A stretch of DNA of 64,000 nt from Aureispira sp. (GTDB lineage: Bacteria; Bacteroidota; Bacteroidia; Chitinophagales; Saprospiraceae): positions 160,195-224,194 of the forward strand of contig JBOEFW010000016.1 of assembly GCA_050633105.1 (NCBI GenBank). Direction: 5' to 3'. The number at the start of each line of letters is the position of its first letter. Position 1 is the first letter of the stretch. The notes under the pieces are model-generated. The model ran no database searches and was not told where the DNA came from. It saw nothing but the letters and a program-made list of their open reading frames with translations. The translations under genes and the position numbers were made by a program. Shown piece after piece: positions 38,684 through 48,957 of the stretch.

Positions 38684-39118
38684 ATGAAGGTAAAGATCAT
38701 TAACCATTCTAATAATCCCCTCCCCCATTACGCTACTACTGGTAGCGCTGGTATGGATTTGCGGGCCCATCTAACCGATGCTGTAATTTTACAACCGTTA
38801 GAACGATGTGTTATTCCAACAGGTTTATCCATAGAATTACCCCAAGGTTATGAAGCACAAGTACGCCCTAGAAGTGGTTTAGCACTCAAAAAAGGTCTAT
38901 CTATTCCCAATGCTCCAGGTACTATTGATAGCGATTATCGTGGAAAAATTGGTGTTATTGTGATTAACTTATCCAATGTTGCTGTGACGATTGAACCAGC
39001 AGAACGCATTGCCCAATTGGTTATTGCCAAGCATGAAACCATTGAATGGCAACCTGTTGAAGAATTATCAGACTCGACCCGTGGCACTGGTGGCTATGGT
39101 AGTACAGGTCTTACTTAA
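38684..39118 (+). CDS. dut: dUTP diphosphatase
   Basis: All five dUTPase motifs are present (GSAGMDL, PRSG, GTIDSDYRG, RIAQL, RGTGGYGSTG). Confidence 0.95.
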   Translation: MKVKIINHSNNPLPHYATTGSAGMDLRAHLTDAVILQPLERCVIPTGLSIELPQGYEAQVRPRSGLALKKGLSIPNAPGTIDSDYRGKIGVIVINLSNVAVTIEPAERIAQLVIAKHETIEWQPVEELSDSTRGTGGYGSTGLT

Positions 39119-39272
39119 ACAATACATTTAGCTCCCCACAAGCACATAGCAAAAGTATAAAATGACTCTTTGCTCCTTCCTTTAAAAAACGATGATTATT
39201 TAGGGTATAAACAACATCCGTTGTTAAAAATGACTCTATTTAATCCTCTCACTAATTATCAACGATACATCT

Positions 39273-40277
39273 ATGAAAATTATTATACCTATGGCTGGCC
39301 GTGGTACGCGCCTGCGCCCACATACACTCACTGTCCCTAAACCACTAGTTGAAATTGCAGGAAAATCCATTGTACAACGCTTAGTCGAAGACTTGGCGGC
39401 GACATATGGGCAGGCGATTGAAGAAATCGCGTTTATCACAGGTGATTTTGGAGAACAAGTAGAAGCAGAATTAGTCACTTTGGCTGAAAGTTTAGGAGCA
39501 AAAGGGTACATTCATCACCAACAAGAAAAATTAGGAACAGCCCACGCCATTATGTGCGCAAAAGAGCATCTACAAGGTCAGGTAATTGTTGCTTTTGCTG
39601 ATACGCTTTTCAAATCTGACTTTGTTTTGGATACCGAACAAGAAAGTGTCTTGTGGGTACAACAAATTGAAGATCCTTCTGCTTATGGGGTGGTTACTTT
39701 AGATGACGCTGGATTTGCAACAGGTTTCGTAGAAAAGCCTTCTACGTATGTGTCTGACTTAGCCATTATTGGTATTTATTACTTCAAACATGCAGAAAAC
39801 TTGCGGGATGAGTTGCAATACCTCTTGGACAATGATTTGCGCTACAAAGGAGAATACCAAATTACAGATGCCCTAGAAAACATGCGCAAAAAAGGTGTTA
39901 AATTCCGTACACAAGCTATTCAGGAATGGTTGGATTGTGGTAATAAGAATGCGGTTGTTTATGCGACAGAGCGCGTTTTAGAAATAAAAGAAGATGCAGC
40001 CACAACGGCTTCTACCGTAAAAACAGAAAACTCAACGATCATTCCACCTTGTTTTATTGATACAGATGTTGTGATTAAGAATTCTGTCATCGGCCCTTAT
40101 GTGTCGATTGGTAGAAATACAGTGATTGAAAATTCTATCATTTGCAAAAGCATCATTCAAGATCATGCAATCGTTAATAATGTAGTGACTCAAAACTCTA
40201 TGTTAGGCTCTCATACAGAGTATATCGCCAAACAATCAGAGCTAAGTTTGAGTGACTTTTCTAAATTTAGACAATAA
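39273..40277 (+). CDS. sugar-phosphate nucleotidyltransferase with C-terminal left-handed beta-helix
   Basis: N-terminal PMAGRGTRLRPHTLTVPKPLV signature. The C-terminus has hexapeptide-like repeats (VIKNSVIGPYVSIGRNTVIENSII). Confidence 0.8.
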   Translation: MKIIIPMAGRGTRLRPHTLTVPKPLVEIAGKSIVQRLVEDLAATYGQAIEEIAFITGDFGEQVEAELVTLAESLGAKGYIHHQQEKLGTAHAIMCAKEHLQGQVIVAFADTLFKSDFVLDTEQESVLWVQQIEDPSAYGVVTLDDAGFATGFVEKPSTYVSDLAIIGIYYFKHAENLRDELQYLLDNDLRYKGEYQITDALENMRKKGVKFRTQAIQEWLDCGNKNAVVYATERVLEIKEDAATTASTVKTENSTIIPPCFIDTDVVIKNSVIGPYVSIGRNTVIENSIICKSIIQDHAIVNNVVTQNSMLGSHTEYIAKQSELSLSDFSKFRQ

Positions 40278-40625
40278 TCTATTCCTTTTTCTGCTTTTTT
40301 TATGAACTGAATCTAGTATAATGCCTTATTTAAAGAGGCAAACAATAACAGTAGATTAACGAATCTGTGTATTTTTTGGATAAGATTTTGTATATTATAA
40401 GTAGACTTTATGACCAATAGGGTTGTCTAGAAAAGACTAAAGCGAGCGCTAAATACGCTCGCTCTACTTCTTTTCTATTACAATTGTATTTAGAATAAAG
40501 CTATTGTCCACCCCTTTGACGATCGCGTATCTTAAACCTCCCAATTCCCTATTGTCATAATGGGTTCCGATTTTTTATGGAATATACTCTGGGGTTGGTG
40601 ATTGTTTTTATAAATTAAATGATAT

Positions 40626-42353
40626 ATGTGCAAAAGGCTCCCTAGTATATGGACAAGTCTACTATTAAGTAGCATGTTGGCAATGACTTCTATTGTCTTT
40701 GCCCAAGACAAAAAACGTCCTAAAGAAAGTACCATTCTCTTAGAAAAAATATTCATAGAAGCCAATAGAGAAAAGCTTTTAGGGAATATAGAAGAAGCCA
40801 TTCAACGGTATTGGGAAGTCCTACAAAAAGACAATACCAATGCTGCCTCTAACTATGAACTAGCACGCTTGTATCAAAAACAAGAAGATTGGAGCAAGGC
40901 TTCTTTGCGGGCAGCAAGAGCTGTAGAATTACAACCTAAAGATTTAATTTACAATAAATTATATGCAAAACTTTTAGAGCGAGAAGGCAACTACAAAAAA
41001 GCCGCAGAGCTTTATGCTAATCTTAGCAATGCTTATCCTGCTAAAAAAGAATTGTATACTGAATGGGCCTATTACCTCACCAAATCTGGTAAGGCCGATC
41101 AAGCGATTAAAGTCTATAATTCGCTGGAAAAACGCGTTGGGATTCGAGAGGGGACCTCCATGCGCAAGTACAAGTTGTACATGAAAATGGGCAAGGACAA
41201 AAAGGCCAGTCAAGAAATTGAACAACTAATAGAGGCCTATCCTAAAGAGCCTGAATACATTATTCGATTGGCTAATTTTTATGCTTCAATGGGTGACTTA
41301 GACCGTTCTAAGTCTCTTTACAAACAAGCCTTAACACTTGACCCTAATAATCCTACTGCCAATATGGCGATGGTAGAGTTCTTTCTACAAAGTGGGGATA
41401 CCACTCGCTATCTCAATGCCTTGATCAATACGTTTGACAACCCCAATCAAGAATTATTAACAAAGGTAGAAACCCTTAAACGATTAGTAACAGGCTGGGA
41501 ACAGAAAAAAATCAGTGCGCAACACACCCCCAATATTATCATCTTAAGTGAAAAACTAGCCGTCATTCATCCCAACAGCAGTATGGCAAATGCTTTGCGT
41601 GGTGATGTCCTCTATAAAATGGGGGCCTACACAGAAGCAGCACTAGCGTATGAAAAAGCTTTGCTTTTTACAATTAACGACCTTAATATTTGGCAGCAGC
41701 TCTTAGAGAGTCTACACAAAAGTGATCAACAAAAAAAGCTACAGAAATATGCCCAGCGGTTAATCGATGTCTACCCAAGTCAAGCCATTAGTTATTATTA
41801 TAATGGCATCGCTAACTATCAAAAGAAAGCACTCCCCAAAGCAATTATCGATCTCAAAGAAGCTCTAGTAATTGATGCAACCAACATGGAATTAGAAGGC
41901 AATGTATTGCGCTATTTGGCTAAAATTTATGAAGCGCAAAATGACATTCCTGCTGCAGAGAAGGCCTTTAATGAAGCAATTTTAATGGATCCAAAGAATT
42001 TGGACATCATTCACGATTATGCTTACAGCCTTATTCGACGCAATACTGCATTACCCAAAGCGGCTACTTTGTTAGAAGGAATCACCAACAAAGCGCCTAA
42101 AGTTCATCAGTACACCAATACACAAGCTTGGTTGTATTACAAACAAGGAAATTATAAAGTTGCCAAAGAGCTACTGGATAAAAACTTAAAGGAAATTGAA
42201 AAACAACCTACTCTACTAGAACGCTATGGGGATGTTTTATTTAAACTAGGTCAAACAGATGCTGCTGTACAATATTGGCAAAAAGCGTTAGACAATGGCT
42301 CTGAAGCGCCTCAATTGCCTCAAAAGATTTCAACTCGTCAGTTATATGAATAG
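40626..42353 (+). CDS. secreted TPR-repeat protein
   Basis: Signal peptide followed by many TPR-like A/Y/L repeats (for example AIQRYWEVLQKDNTNA, ALTLDPNNPTAN). Confidence 0.8.
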   Translation: MCKRLPSIWTSLLLSSMLAMTSIVFAQDKKRPKESTILLEKIFIEANREKLLGNIEEAIQRYWEVLQKDNTNAASNYELARLYQKQEDWSKASLRAARAVELQPKDLIYNKLYAKLLEREGNYKKAAELYANLSNAYPAKKELYTEWAYYLTKSGKADQAIKVYNSLEKRVGIREGTSMRKYKLYMKMGKDKKASQEIEQLIEAYPKEPEYIIRLANFYASMGDLDRSKSLYKQALTLDPNNPTANMAMVEFFLQSGDTTRYLNALINTFDNPNQELLTKVETLKRLVTGWEQKKISAQHTPNIIILSEKLAVIHPNSSMANALRGDVLYKMGAYTEAALAYEKALLFTINDLNIWQQLLESLHKSDQQKKLQKYAQRLIDVYPSQAISYYYNGIANYQKKALPKAIIDLKEALVIDATNMELEGNVLRYLAKIYEAQNDIPAAEKAFNEAILMDPKNLDIIHDYAYSLIRRNTALPKAATLLEGITNKAPKVHQYTNTQAWLYYKQGNYKVAKELLDKNLKEIEKQPTLLERYGDVLFKLGQTDAAVQYWQKALDNGSEAPQLPQKISTRQLYE

Positions 42354-43107
42354 GCTATTTTGGGGGTTACTATGTGTAAGTTTATGCACTTTCATTTCAT
42401 GTAAAGCTACTGTTGTAACCGACAGCACCGCTCAACCCACTAAAAAAACAGCTAAATTTCTCCTACGCCAACTCACACAGCAAATGTTATCCTATGAATG
42501 GTTTGGTTGCCGTGCAAAGATTAAAGTAGACAGCGAGCAACAAGATGTTGTTTTTACAGCCGCTTTGCGTATGCAAAAGGACAGTATCATTTGGGTTCGT
42601 ATCAAAAAAATGAGTGTAGAAGGTGCCCGCATCAAAATTACACCACAAAGTATTGAAATTCTCAATCGTCAAGAAAGCCAATACATCAAACGCCCTTTCT
42701 CCTTTATCAAAGAAGAATACGGCTTGGACATTACCTTTGCTCAATTGCAAGAAGTATTATTGGGCAATCCCATTTTATACAAAAAACGTCCCCTACTCAG
42801 TGGAGTCGAAGGAAAACGCTTAGTCTTAAAAACACCTCCTAATCAAAAAGAAGTACTAAAACTCTTTCTGCGCGCCAATGATTTCTTATTGGATGAATGG
42901 CGCGGTTCAGTAGAAGGCAGTAGTTTAAGCATCAATTACAGTGCTTATGAACTATTAGAAAAGCAGCAAATTGCTACTAAAAAGGTTGTACATATTGATA
43001 GTGAAGAAGTAGGGATTGTTGACATCAACTTCAGTTTTTCTGGAATGGTTTTAAATGAAATTCAAAAGGTCGGTTTTACCGTTCCTTCTTCTTATGAACA
43101 TTTATAA
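42346..43107 (+). CDS. DUF4292-like (LolB-like fold) lipoprotein
   Basis: Lipobox CTFISCKA at the ATG at 42346. This start overlaps the TPR gene stop (ATGAATAG), suggesting translational coupling. TPR-DUF4292 adjacency is common in Bacteroidota, from memory. Confidence 0.6.
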   Translation: MNRLFWGLLCVSLCTFISCKATVVTDSTAQPTKKTAKFLLRQLTQQMLSYEWFGCRAKIKVDSEQQDVVFTAALRMQKDSIIWVRIKKMSVEGARIKITPQSIEILNRQESQYIKRPFSFIKEEYGLDITFAQLQEVLLGNPILYKKRPLLSGVEGKRLVLKTPPNQKEVLKLFLRANDFLLDEWRGSVEGSSLSINYSAYELLEKQQIATKKVVHIDSEEVGIVDINFSFSGMVLNEIQKVGFTVPSSYEHL

Positions 43108-43577
43108 TTACGTTGACTAGATTCCTACGATTCCATTTCTACTCTTCCCTCTTTTGTTTCTAAAACACGACCAAAATCAATCCTAAATATAATAAATCCT
43201 ATTATAGAGGGCTTTATAAGGAACAGAAGGAGCGATTACAGCCCCGACATAGACGCTTATAAAATAGCTCTTAGCGTTTATAAATTAAGTTGTTGTTTTT
43301 AAGAATGCCAAATTACCTTTGTAAGGCATACGATTCCAATTACAGTAACTTATGCCCCATGAAACACATAAGAACATAGCTTGTGGTTTTTATTAGCCAA
43401 GTGGTAGTATTTTTGTTGATCTCTGGAATGAATATTTCAATCTATATAAAGTCTATTGGGAAGAAACCATAGAAGCCATGATTATTCAACAAGGAGATAA
43501 GAAATGGAGATTTGAAGACTATCCTTTCCTCCTTCCAATCTCCTTTCAAGAAGAATAAGCACAGCGTTAAGTTCTTA

Positions 43578-44387
43578 CTAGTGCCAATGCTCCAACAAAG
43601 CCATCAAATCAGGTTCTTGGAAGACGATTCCCAATGCTTCTTTTATTTTTTGATTACTAATCAACTTATAAGTAACAGAAGTATCCTCCAAGACGCTTGG
43701 TATGGGCAAACCAATAGAGGCCGCTGCTTTAGGGTAAAAATCCTTCTTCAAAGGGTGGCTATCAGCACAAGCATTCACAATCTCTCCCCAATAATTTTGC
43801 GCCAAAATCTGATGAATACACTCCAAACAGTCAACTCGGTGCAGTAAATTTACAGGTGCTGCTCCTTGTTTCACTGCTCCTGACCGTTGAAAGAAGCGAC
43901 CTGGGTGACGCGCTCCTCCAATCAATCCTGCAAAGCGCAGAATGGTTGTTTCAAAACCCTCCATTTGCTGAAAAGCCTGTTCACTCTTATATAAAATATG
44001 TTCCTTGTTTTCTATGCCTTCCTCCTCTGTCACCACTCGATTCACATTAGGATAAACCGAGGTAGAACTTACCATCAAAACTTGCTGAATGGGAGCAGCA
44101 GCAATCAACGGCAATAAAGCCGCAAATTGCTCTTGTCGTGGTTGAGACCGATCTGGAGTTATATTAATAATCAGAATCTCTGCTTGGGCAAAGGAAGCCC
44201 AATTGCCCGTCACAGCATTCGCCTGCACTCCTATTTGAAAGACATTTGCATGTTGTTGTTTTAGCGCCTCATAACGCGCTGTAGAAGCAGTAGAAAGCTT
44301 TGTAGTATAGCCTCTTTCCTCTAAATAACTAGCAAGGGAAGCGCCAAGCCATCCAGCGCCTAAAATACTAACTCGTGGTTGGATCAT
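43578..44387 (-). CDS. NAD(P)-binding Rossmann-fold protein (atypical SDR/epimerase-like)
   Basis: N-terminal ILGAGWLG dinucleotide-binding motif. The protein is 269 aa. Confidence 0.65.
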   Translation of the reverse strand: MIQPRVSILGAGWLGASLASYLEERGYTTKLSTASTARYEALKQQHANVFQIGVQANAVTGNWASFAQAEILIINITPDRSQPRQEQFAALLPLIAAAPIQQVLMVSSTSVYPNVNRVVTEEEGIENKEHILYKSEQAFQQMEGFETTILRFAGLIGGARHPGRFFQRSGAVKQGAAPVNLLHRVDCLECIHQILAQNYWGEIVNACADSHPLKKDFYPKAAASIGLPIPSVLEDTSVTYKLISNQKIKEALGIVFQEPDLMALLEHWH

Positions 44388-44389
44388 AA

Positions 44390-45100
44390 CTAAGATTCAG
44401 AGGTTTTAGCTGCTTTTGCAGCCGCCTTTTCTGCTTTTTTAGCTTCATACTCTAAGGCGCGCCCTAGAAAAACAACTAATTTCTTATCCAACTGTACCAC
44501 AGCCTTACCTGCACGAGAGGAATTAATATCATTGACCCAAGATTCTCGAATCGCTACATAATAGGGGAAAGGCTCCTCCAATTTTTCTTCTAACCGTTGT
44601 AGGCGTAAAATATCATAAGGAAAGTCAGCTCCTCTGTCCTTAAAACTAGCTATAAAAACATGTTGCTCCCCCAGTTTAATACTAGGATCAGTTACTCCTT
44701 TTGCATTCAAAAAGATCCCTTCTCGAACACCACTTGCCAATGCTTTACTACTGGTATCGTACATCACATAGACAGGACAAAATTTAAAATTCTTTGTAAA
44801 GCTGCTCTTCAAACTTTCGTTAAACGCATCGCGGCGTTCTATGGTCGCATCAAAGATCGCTTGATGTCGTTTGCGTTGACCCGCTGTTAGATTGGGATTG
44901 TTCAATGTTCGCTCCATAATCGAGAGCTTTCTATGGTTCGTTCGGAGACGTAGAACAATAGCGCCATTATTTTTTAACTCTTGAACAGAACGGGACGCAA
45001 AATCTTGGCGATCTTTCAATAATGGGATATCATCTCGCTGTGCCCAAAGAGCCGTTTGCCAACAACATAACAATAACAGACCTAACATTTTATAGCGCAT
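44390..45100 (-). CDS. hypothetical secreted protein
   Basis: Signal peptide (LLLLCCWQTALWAQ) and an alanine/lysine-rich tail. It ends 2 nt before the next gene on the same strand. Confidence 0.55.
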   Translation of the reverse strand: MRYKMLGLLLLCCWQTALWAQRDDIPLLKDRQDFASRSVQELKNNGAIVLRLRTNHRKLSIMERTLNNPNLTAGQRKRHQAIFDATIERRDAFNESLKSSFTKNFKFCPVYVMYDTSSKALASGVREGIFLNAKGVTDPSIKLGEQHVFIASFKDRGADFPYDILRLQRLEEKLEEPFPYYVAIRESWVNDINSSRAGKAVVQLDKKLVVFLGRALEYEAKKAEKAAAKAAKTSES

Positions 45101-45376
45101 AGTTGTCTCTATTTTAAGGAGGAATATAGGGAAGCTGTCTCAACAGCTTCCTTGTATAAAAAATTATCAAAAACTAATCCAAGTTTATTCCGTTAAGATA
45201 GAGAAAGTTTACCTAGACTCCACCTATTAGTAGTTAGGGTTATTCCACATTTTTTTTATCTTAGCTTTCTTTAAGAAGACAGGTTACCTCCTGTATCGTT
45301 CATTTTTTATTACTCGGCAAGCCTTTTTCATCATTCTTTATAAGAACAGAAGGCTTCTACTATTGTTTTAAGCATC

Positions 45377-46372
45377 ATGCAAACGTCTGCTGACATTCAG
45401 GCTCTACAAGAGCAAATTGCGTTAGAGAGTCAAACTATAGAACGCTTATTGGCGGAGACCAATAAGGTTATTATTGGTCAACAATATATGTTAGAGCGCC
45501 TTATGATTGGGCTACTAGCCAAAGGACACATCCTCTTAGAAGGTTTACCAGGGCTAGCCAAAACATTGGCCATTAATACACTATCTAAAGCCATTCAAGC
45601 TGCTTTTCAGCGCATTCAGTTTACGCCTGATCTTTTGCCTGCGGATATAGTAGGAACAATGATTTATAACCAAGCCGCCAATGATTTTACGGTTCGTAAA
45701 GGGCCGATCTTTGCCAATTTCATTTTGGCGGATGAGATTAACCGTGCACCAGCCAAGGTACAATCGGCTCTTTTGGAGGCGATGCAAGAGCGTCAAGTAA
45801 CCATAGGGCAAACGACCTATCCTTTACAAGAACCTTTCTTAGTATTGGCTACCCAAAACCCTATTGAGCAAGAAGGCACCTATCCGTTGCCAGAAGCTCA
45901 AACCGATCGTTTTATGCTAAAAGCTTCCATCACTTATCCCAACAAAGAGGATGAGTTGGCGATCATGCGTATGAACATGGCAGGTGCCTTTGCGGAAATA
46001 AAACCTGTAGCCACTACTGCTGATATTTTACAAGCTCGGGAAACCGTTCGTAAAGTACACATGGCTGAAAGTATTGAGCAATATATTTTGGATATTGTTT
46101 TTGCGACTAGAGAACCTGCCACACATGGCTTAGGTGATTTAGCCCCTTTGTTATCTTTTGGTGGTTCCCCAAGAGCCAGTATCAATATGGCCTTAGCCGC
46201 AAAAGCACATGCTTACTTACACAAACGTGCCTTTGTTATTCCGGAAGATATTCGGGCAATTGCGGAAGATGTTCTACGACACAGAATCGGCTTGACTTAT
46301 GAAGCACAAGCAGAGAATATCTCTACAGAAAACATCATTGAAAAAATTCTAAATACAGTTGTTATCCCTTAA
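45377..46372 (+). CDS. MoxR-family AAA+ ATPase
   Basis: Walker A (GLPGLAKT), Walker B/sensor (ILADEINRAPAKVQSALLEAMQE) and a length of about 330 aa. Confidence 0.9.
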   Translation: MQTSADIQALQEQIALESQTIERLLAETNKVIIGQQYMLERLMIGLLAKGHILLEGLPGLAKTLAINTLSKAIQAAFQRIQFTPDLLPADIVGTMIYNQAANDFTVRKGPIFANFILADEINRAPAKVQSALLEAMQERQVTIGQTTYPLQEPFLVLATQNPIEQEGTYPLPEAQTDRFMLKASITYPNKEDELAIMRMNMAGAFAEIKPVATTADILQARETVRKVHMAESIEQYILDIVFATREPATHGLGDLAPLLSFGGSPRASINMALAAKAHAYLHKRAFVIPEDIRAIAEDVLRHRIGLTYEAQAENISTENIIEKILNTVVIP

Positions 46373-46380
46373 GTTGCCTT

Positions 46381-46929
46381 ATGAGAGAATTGTTTGTACT
46401 CAAAAATGGCAATACTACTCTTGTTAGAGAAGCTACTGCTCAAGACGCCTTGGATTTAAATGCTCTGGTAAGCCACATTTATAGCACGGCCAATACCGTT
46501 TTAACTTCCTTAGAGGAATTTAAGAGCATGGATTCTCTCAACAGTCAATTACAACGCATTCTCCATTACCAACAGGCGCTAGGCCATTTATTGTTAGTAG
46601 CTGAAATTGATGGACAAATTGTAGGGACGTTAGATTTCACGAATGGGCATCGCCAACGCATTGCACACACAGGGGAATTTGGAATGGGCGTCGCTCCTGA
46701 CTTTCAAAATCAGGGTATTGGACGTTGTTTAATCAAAGTCATGTTAGACTGGGCAACTAAAGATCCCATTATAGAAAAAGTAAAATTAACCGCTTTTGCT
46801 AATAATTACAATGGCCTACACTTGTACAAAAGTTTAGGTTTTGTAGAAGAGGGCAAAGGAATAAAGGAAATTAAAATGGACGAAGAGGTCTATTTAGATG
46901 TAATCAATATGTACAAAGATGTGAAATAA
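46381..46929 (+). CDS. GNAT-family N-acetyltransferase
   Basis: Acetyl-CoA motif A (QNQGIGRCLI) and the GNAT beta-bulge region (GLHLYKSLGF). Confidence 0.8.
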   Translation: MRELFVLKNGNTTLVREATAQDALDLNALVSHIYSTANTVLTSLEEFKSMDSLNSQLQRILHYQQALGHLLLVAEIDGQIVGTLDFTNGHRQRIAHTGEFGMGVAPDFQNQGIGRCLIKVMLDWATKDPIIEKVKLTAFANNYNGLHLYKSLGFVEEGKGIKEIKMDEEVYLDVINMYKDVK

Positions 46930-46985
46930 TCCTAGTCACTAGAAAAATTATACAACACAAGCATTACTCACCCAACTAAAACACC

Positions 46986-47672
46986 ATGAAAGAAAAACAA
47001 GATCAACAATTAAAACAAATCATAGGCAAAGAACTAGATCAATTAGAAAAGTTCAGCAGCCCTATGCAAATACTCAAGAAAGCCTTTTCTTCTTTTTTAG
47101 TGGTTCTATTAATTGGAGCAGGCTTTGTTGTGAATGCGATCCTGTCCTTATTATTTGCCTTTAAAAATTTTGGACTCGTTCCCTCTTGGTACTATTTAGT
47201 AGTACTAGTCCTCTTTCTTGCTATTTTCCCTGCCATTTATATCTTCTTTGCGATGTCTTACGCTAAAAGCGTGGTCATTTGGGAGGCCTATCGCGAAATG
47301 ATTCGCCCTATGATCGCCAAATTATTTGGCAAAAGCCTAGATGTTTATTTGGTAGATAACCCTGAAAATGCACCTCCTGTTGATGAAAAGAGCATTGTAG
47401 CGGAAATTGAGTCGCGTCAAAAGAATATTTTAGAAAAGTTACCAGACTTCCTTCGAGCTTATGTCCAGATCTTTTTTTCAGCTAAAGATGTGATCACGAT
47501 TATTCGAGCACAACGTGCTTCTGGAGGCGAAAAAGAAGAAGTAAAGCGCAAAGCTATGGACAGTTTATTTGAATCCATTGATTTACAGATTTCAGAACTA
47601 GCAGAACCTTCCTTAATCCCTTTTTGGATTGTAGCTGCTATTAATCTTGTGGCAGCTTATTTTTTGCTATAA
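46986..47672 (+). CDS. hypothetical membrane protein
   Basis: Two N-terminal TM helices and one C-terminal TM helix. No family recognised. Confidence 0.5.
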   Translation: MKEKQDQQLKQIIGKELDQLEKFSSPMQILKKAFSSFLVVLLIGAGFVVNAILSLLFAFKNFGLVPSWYYLVVLVLFLAIFPAIYIFFAMSYAKSVVIWEAYREMIRPMIAKLFGKSLDVYLVDNPENAPPVDEKSIVAEIESRQKNILEKLPDFLRAYVQIFFSAKDVITIIRAQRASGGEKEEVKRKAMDSLFESIDLQISELAEPSLIPFWIVAAINLVAAYFLL

Positions 47673-47718
47673 AGTTCATAACCACTCGTTTTAAGATATC
47701 AATTCATAATACTATTCT

Positions 47719-48066
47719 ATGTCTACAACAAACCTTCAAAACAAACAAGTACAAGCCCACCTGTTCTTGGCAGACATGTACCAAGATGCCTATTTCCCTG
47801 ATAATTTAGTAGACAAAGGCAAGGCTTTATTGTTGCAATTGTGTGCCAAGATTGAAGTGGAGAAACCAGCTACATTAGAAGCTTTCTATGCCTTGACACA
47901 GGCCACTACAGAACAATTTAATCAGTTAGAAGTAGAGTTTGGAGCACAAGAAAGTGAATTGGAAACAGTAGCACGAGAAAACATTGCCTTGGATATGATG
48001 ATGATTAGTCTTTTTTATGGCTATGAAGCAGATGCCGAAGAAATGATTGCCAATAGAAATTGGTAA
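47719..48066 (+). CDS. small conserved hypothetical protein (DUF5713-like, from memory)
   Basis: The pattern MYQDAYFPDNLVDKG...LEAFYALT...ELETVARENI...ADAEEMIANRNW resembles a family I recall as DUF5713. Confidence 0.45.
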   Translation: MSTTNLQNKQVQAHLFLADMYQDAYFPDNLVDKGKALLLQLCAKIEVEKPATLEAFYALTQATTEQFNQLEVEFGAQESELETVARENIALDMMMISLFYGYEADAEEMIANRNW

Positions 48067-48084
48067 GCACTAAAAGCAAAGGAT

Positions 48085-48957
48085 ATGATGACCATTACAG
48101 AACTGCTCAAAAAAGTACGTAAAATAGAGCTTAAAACGCGCGGCTTGTCCAATCAAGTTTTCTCTGGAAACTACAAAACGCGTTTTAAAGGAAGAGGCAT
48201 GTCTTTTAGTGAGGTGCGGCCTTACCAGTATGGGGATGATGTTAGAAATATTGACTGGAATGTCACGGCTCGTACCAATGAACCACATGTCAAGGTTTTT
48301 GAAGAGGAGCGAGAGTTGACATTCATGCTACTCATTGATATCAGTGGTTCTGCTTATTTTGGCTCTAGCCAACACTACAAATTGGAAACAGCAACAGAAA
48401 TTGCAGCAACATTGGCCTTTTCGGCTAGTGTTAATAATGATAAAGTAGGCGCCATCTTTTTCTCGGATAAAGTCGAGAAATTTGTTCCTCCCAAAAAAGG
48501 CAAACCACATATTTTGCGCATTTTGCGGGACATGCTTCATCTGGAACCACAACAAGTAACCACCAACTTAAATGAGCCGTTGAAATACTTAACCAACATC
48601 ATTAACAAGCGCTGTACGGCTTTTATTCTGTCGGATTTTATGACCCAAGACTATGAAAAAGCCATTCGTTTAGCGGCCAATCGTCATGATGTTATTGGTT
48701 TGCACTTATACGATCCTTTAGAAGAACGCCTACCCAATGTAGGTTTATTGCCTGTATTGGATGCAGAAACAGGGCGTACACGTTGGGTCGACACCTCTTC
48801 TAGCGCCTTGCGCCAAGCCTATGAAGAACATTATCAAGCGAATTTACAATACTTTAAAACGACCTTTCTGCGCAACAATGCCGATGTCCTGAGTATTAAT
48901 ACAGAACAAGCATATTTAACTCCTTTAATCAAATTCTTTAAAGAACGCCGTTCCTAG
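48085..48957 (+). CDS. DUF58-family protein (MoxR partner, VWA-like)
   Basis: Hallmark YQYGDDVRNIDWNVTAR motif. Confidence 0.85.
   Translation: MMTITELLKKVRKIELKTRGLSNQVFSGNYKTRFKGRGMSFSEVRPYQYGDDVRNIDWNVTARTNEPHVKVFEEERELTFMLLIDISGSAYFGSSQHYKLETATEIAATLAFSASVNNDKVGAIFFSDKVEKFVPPKKGKPHILRILRDMLHLEPQQVTTNLNEPLKYLTNIINKRCTAFILSDFMTQDYEKAIRLAANRHDVIGLHLYDPLEERLPNVGLLPVLDAETGRTRWVDTSSSALRQAYEEHYQANLQYFKTTFLRNNADVLSINTEQAYLTPLIKFFKERRS

Noticed and set aside
39236-39511. A 91-aa minus-strand ORF overlapping the start of the nucleotidyltransferase gene.
   Set aside because: It is antisense to the highly conserved PMAGRGTRLRP region of a well supported gene and has no independent support.
43400-43560. 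A short open frame ending ...KKWRFEDYPFLLPISFQEE in the 470-nt gap after the DUF4292 gene, considered as a gene remnant.
   Set aside because: Only about 50 codons are open, there is no convincing start, and I cannot link it to any family. It is too weak to report as a feature.
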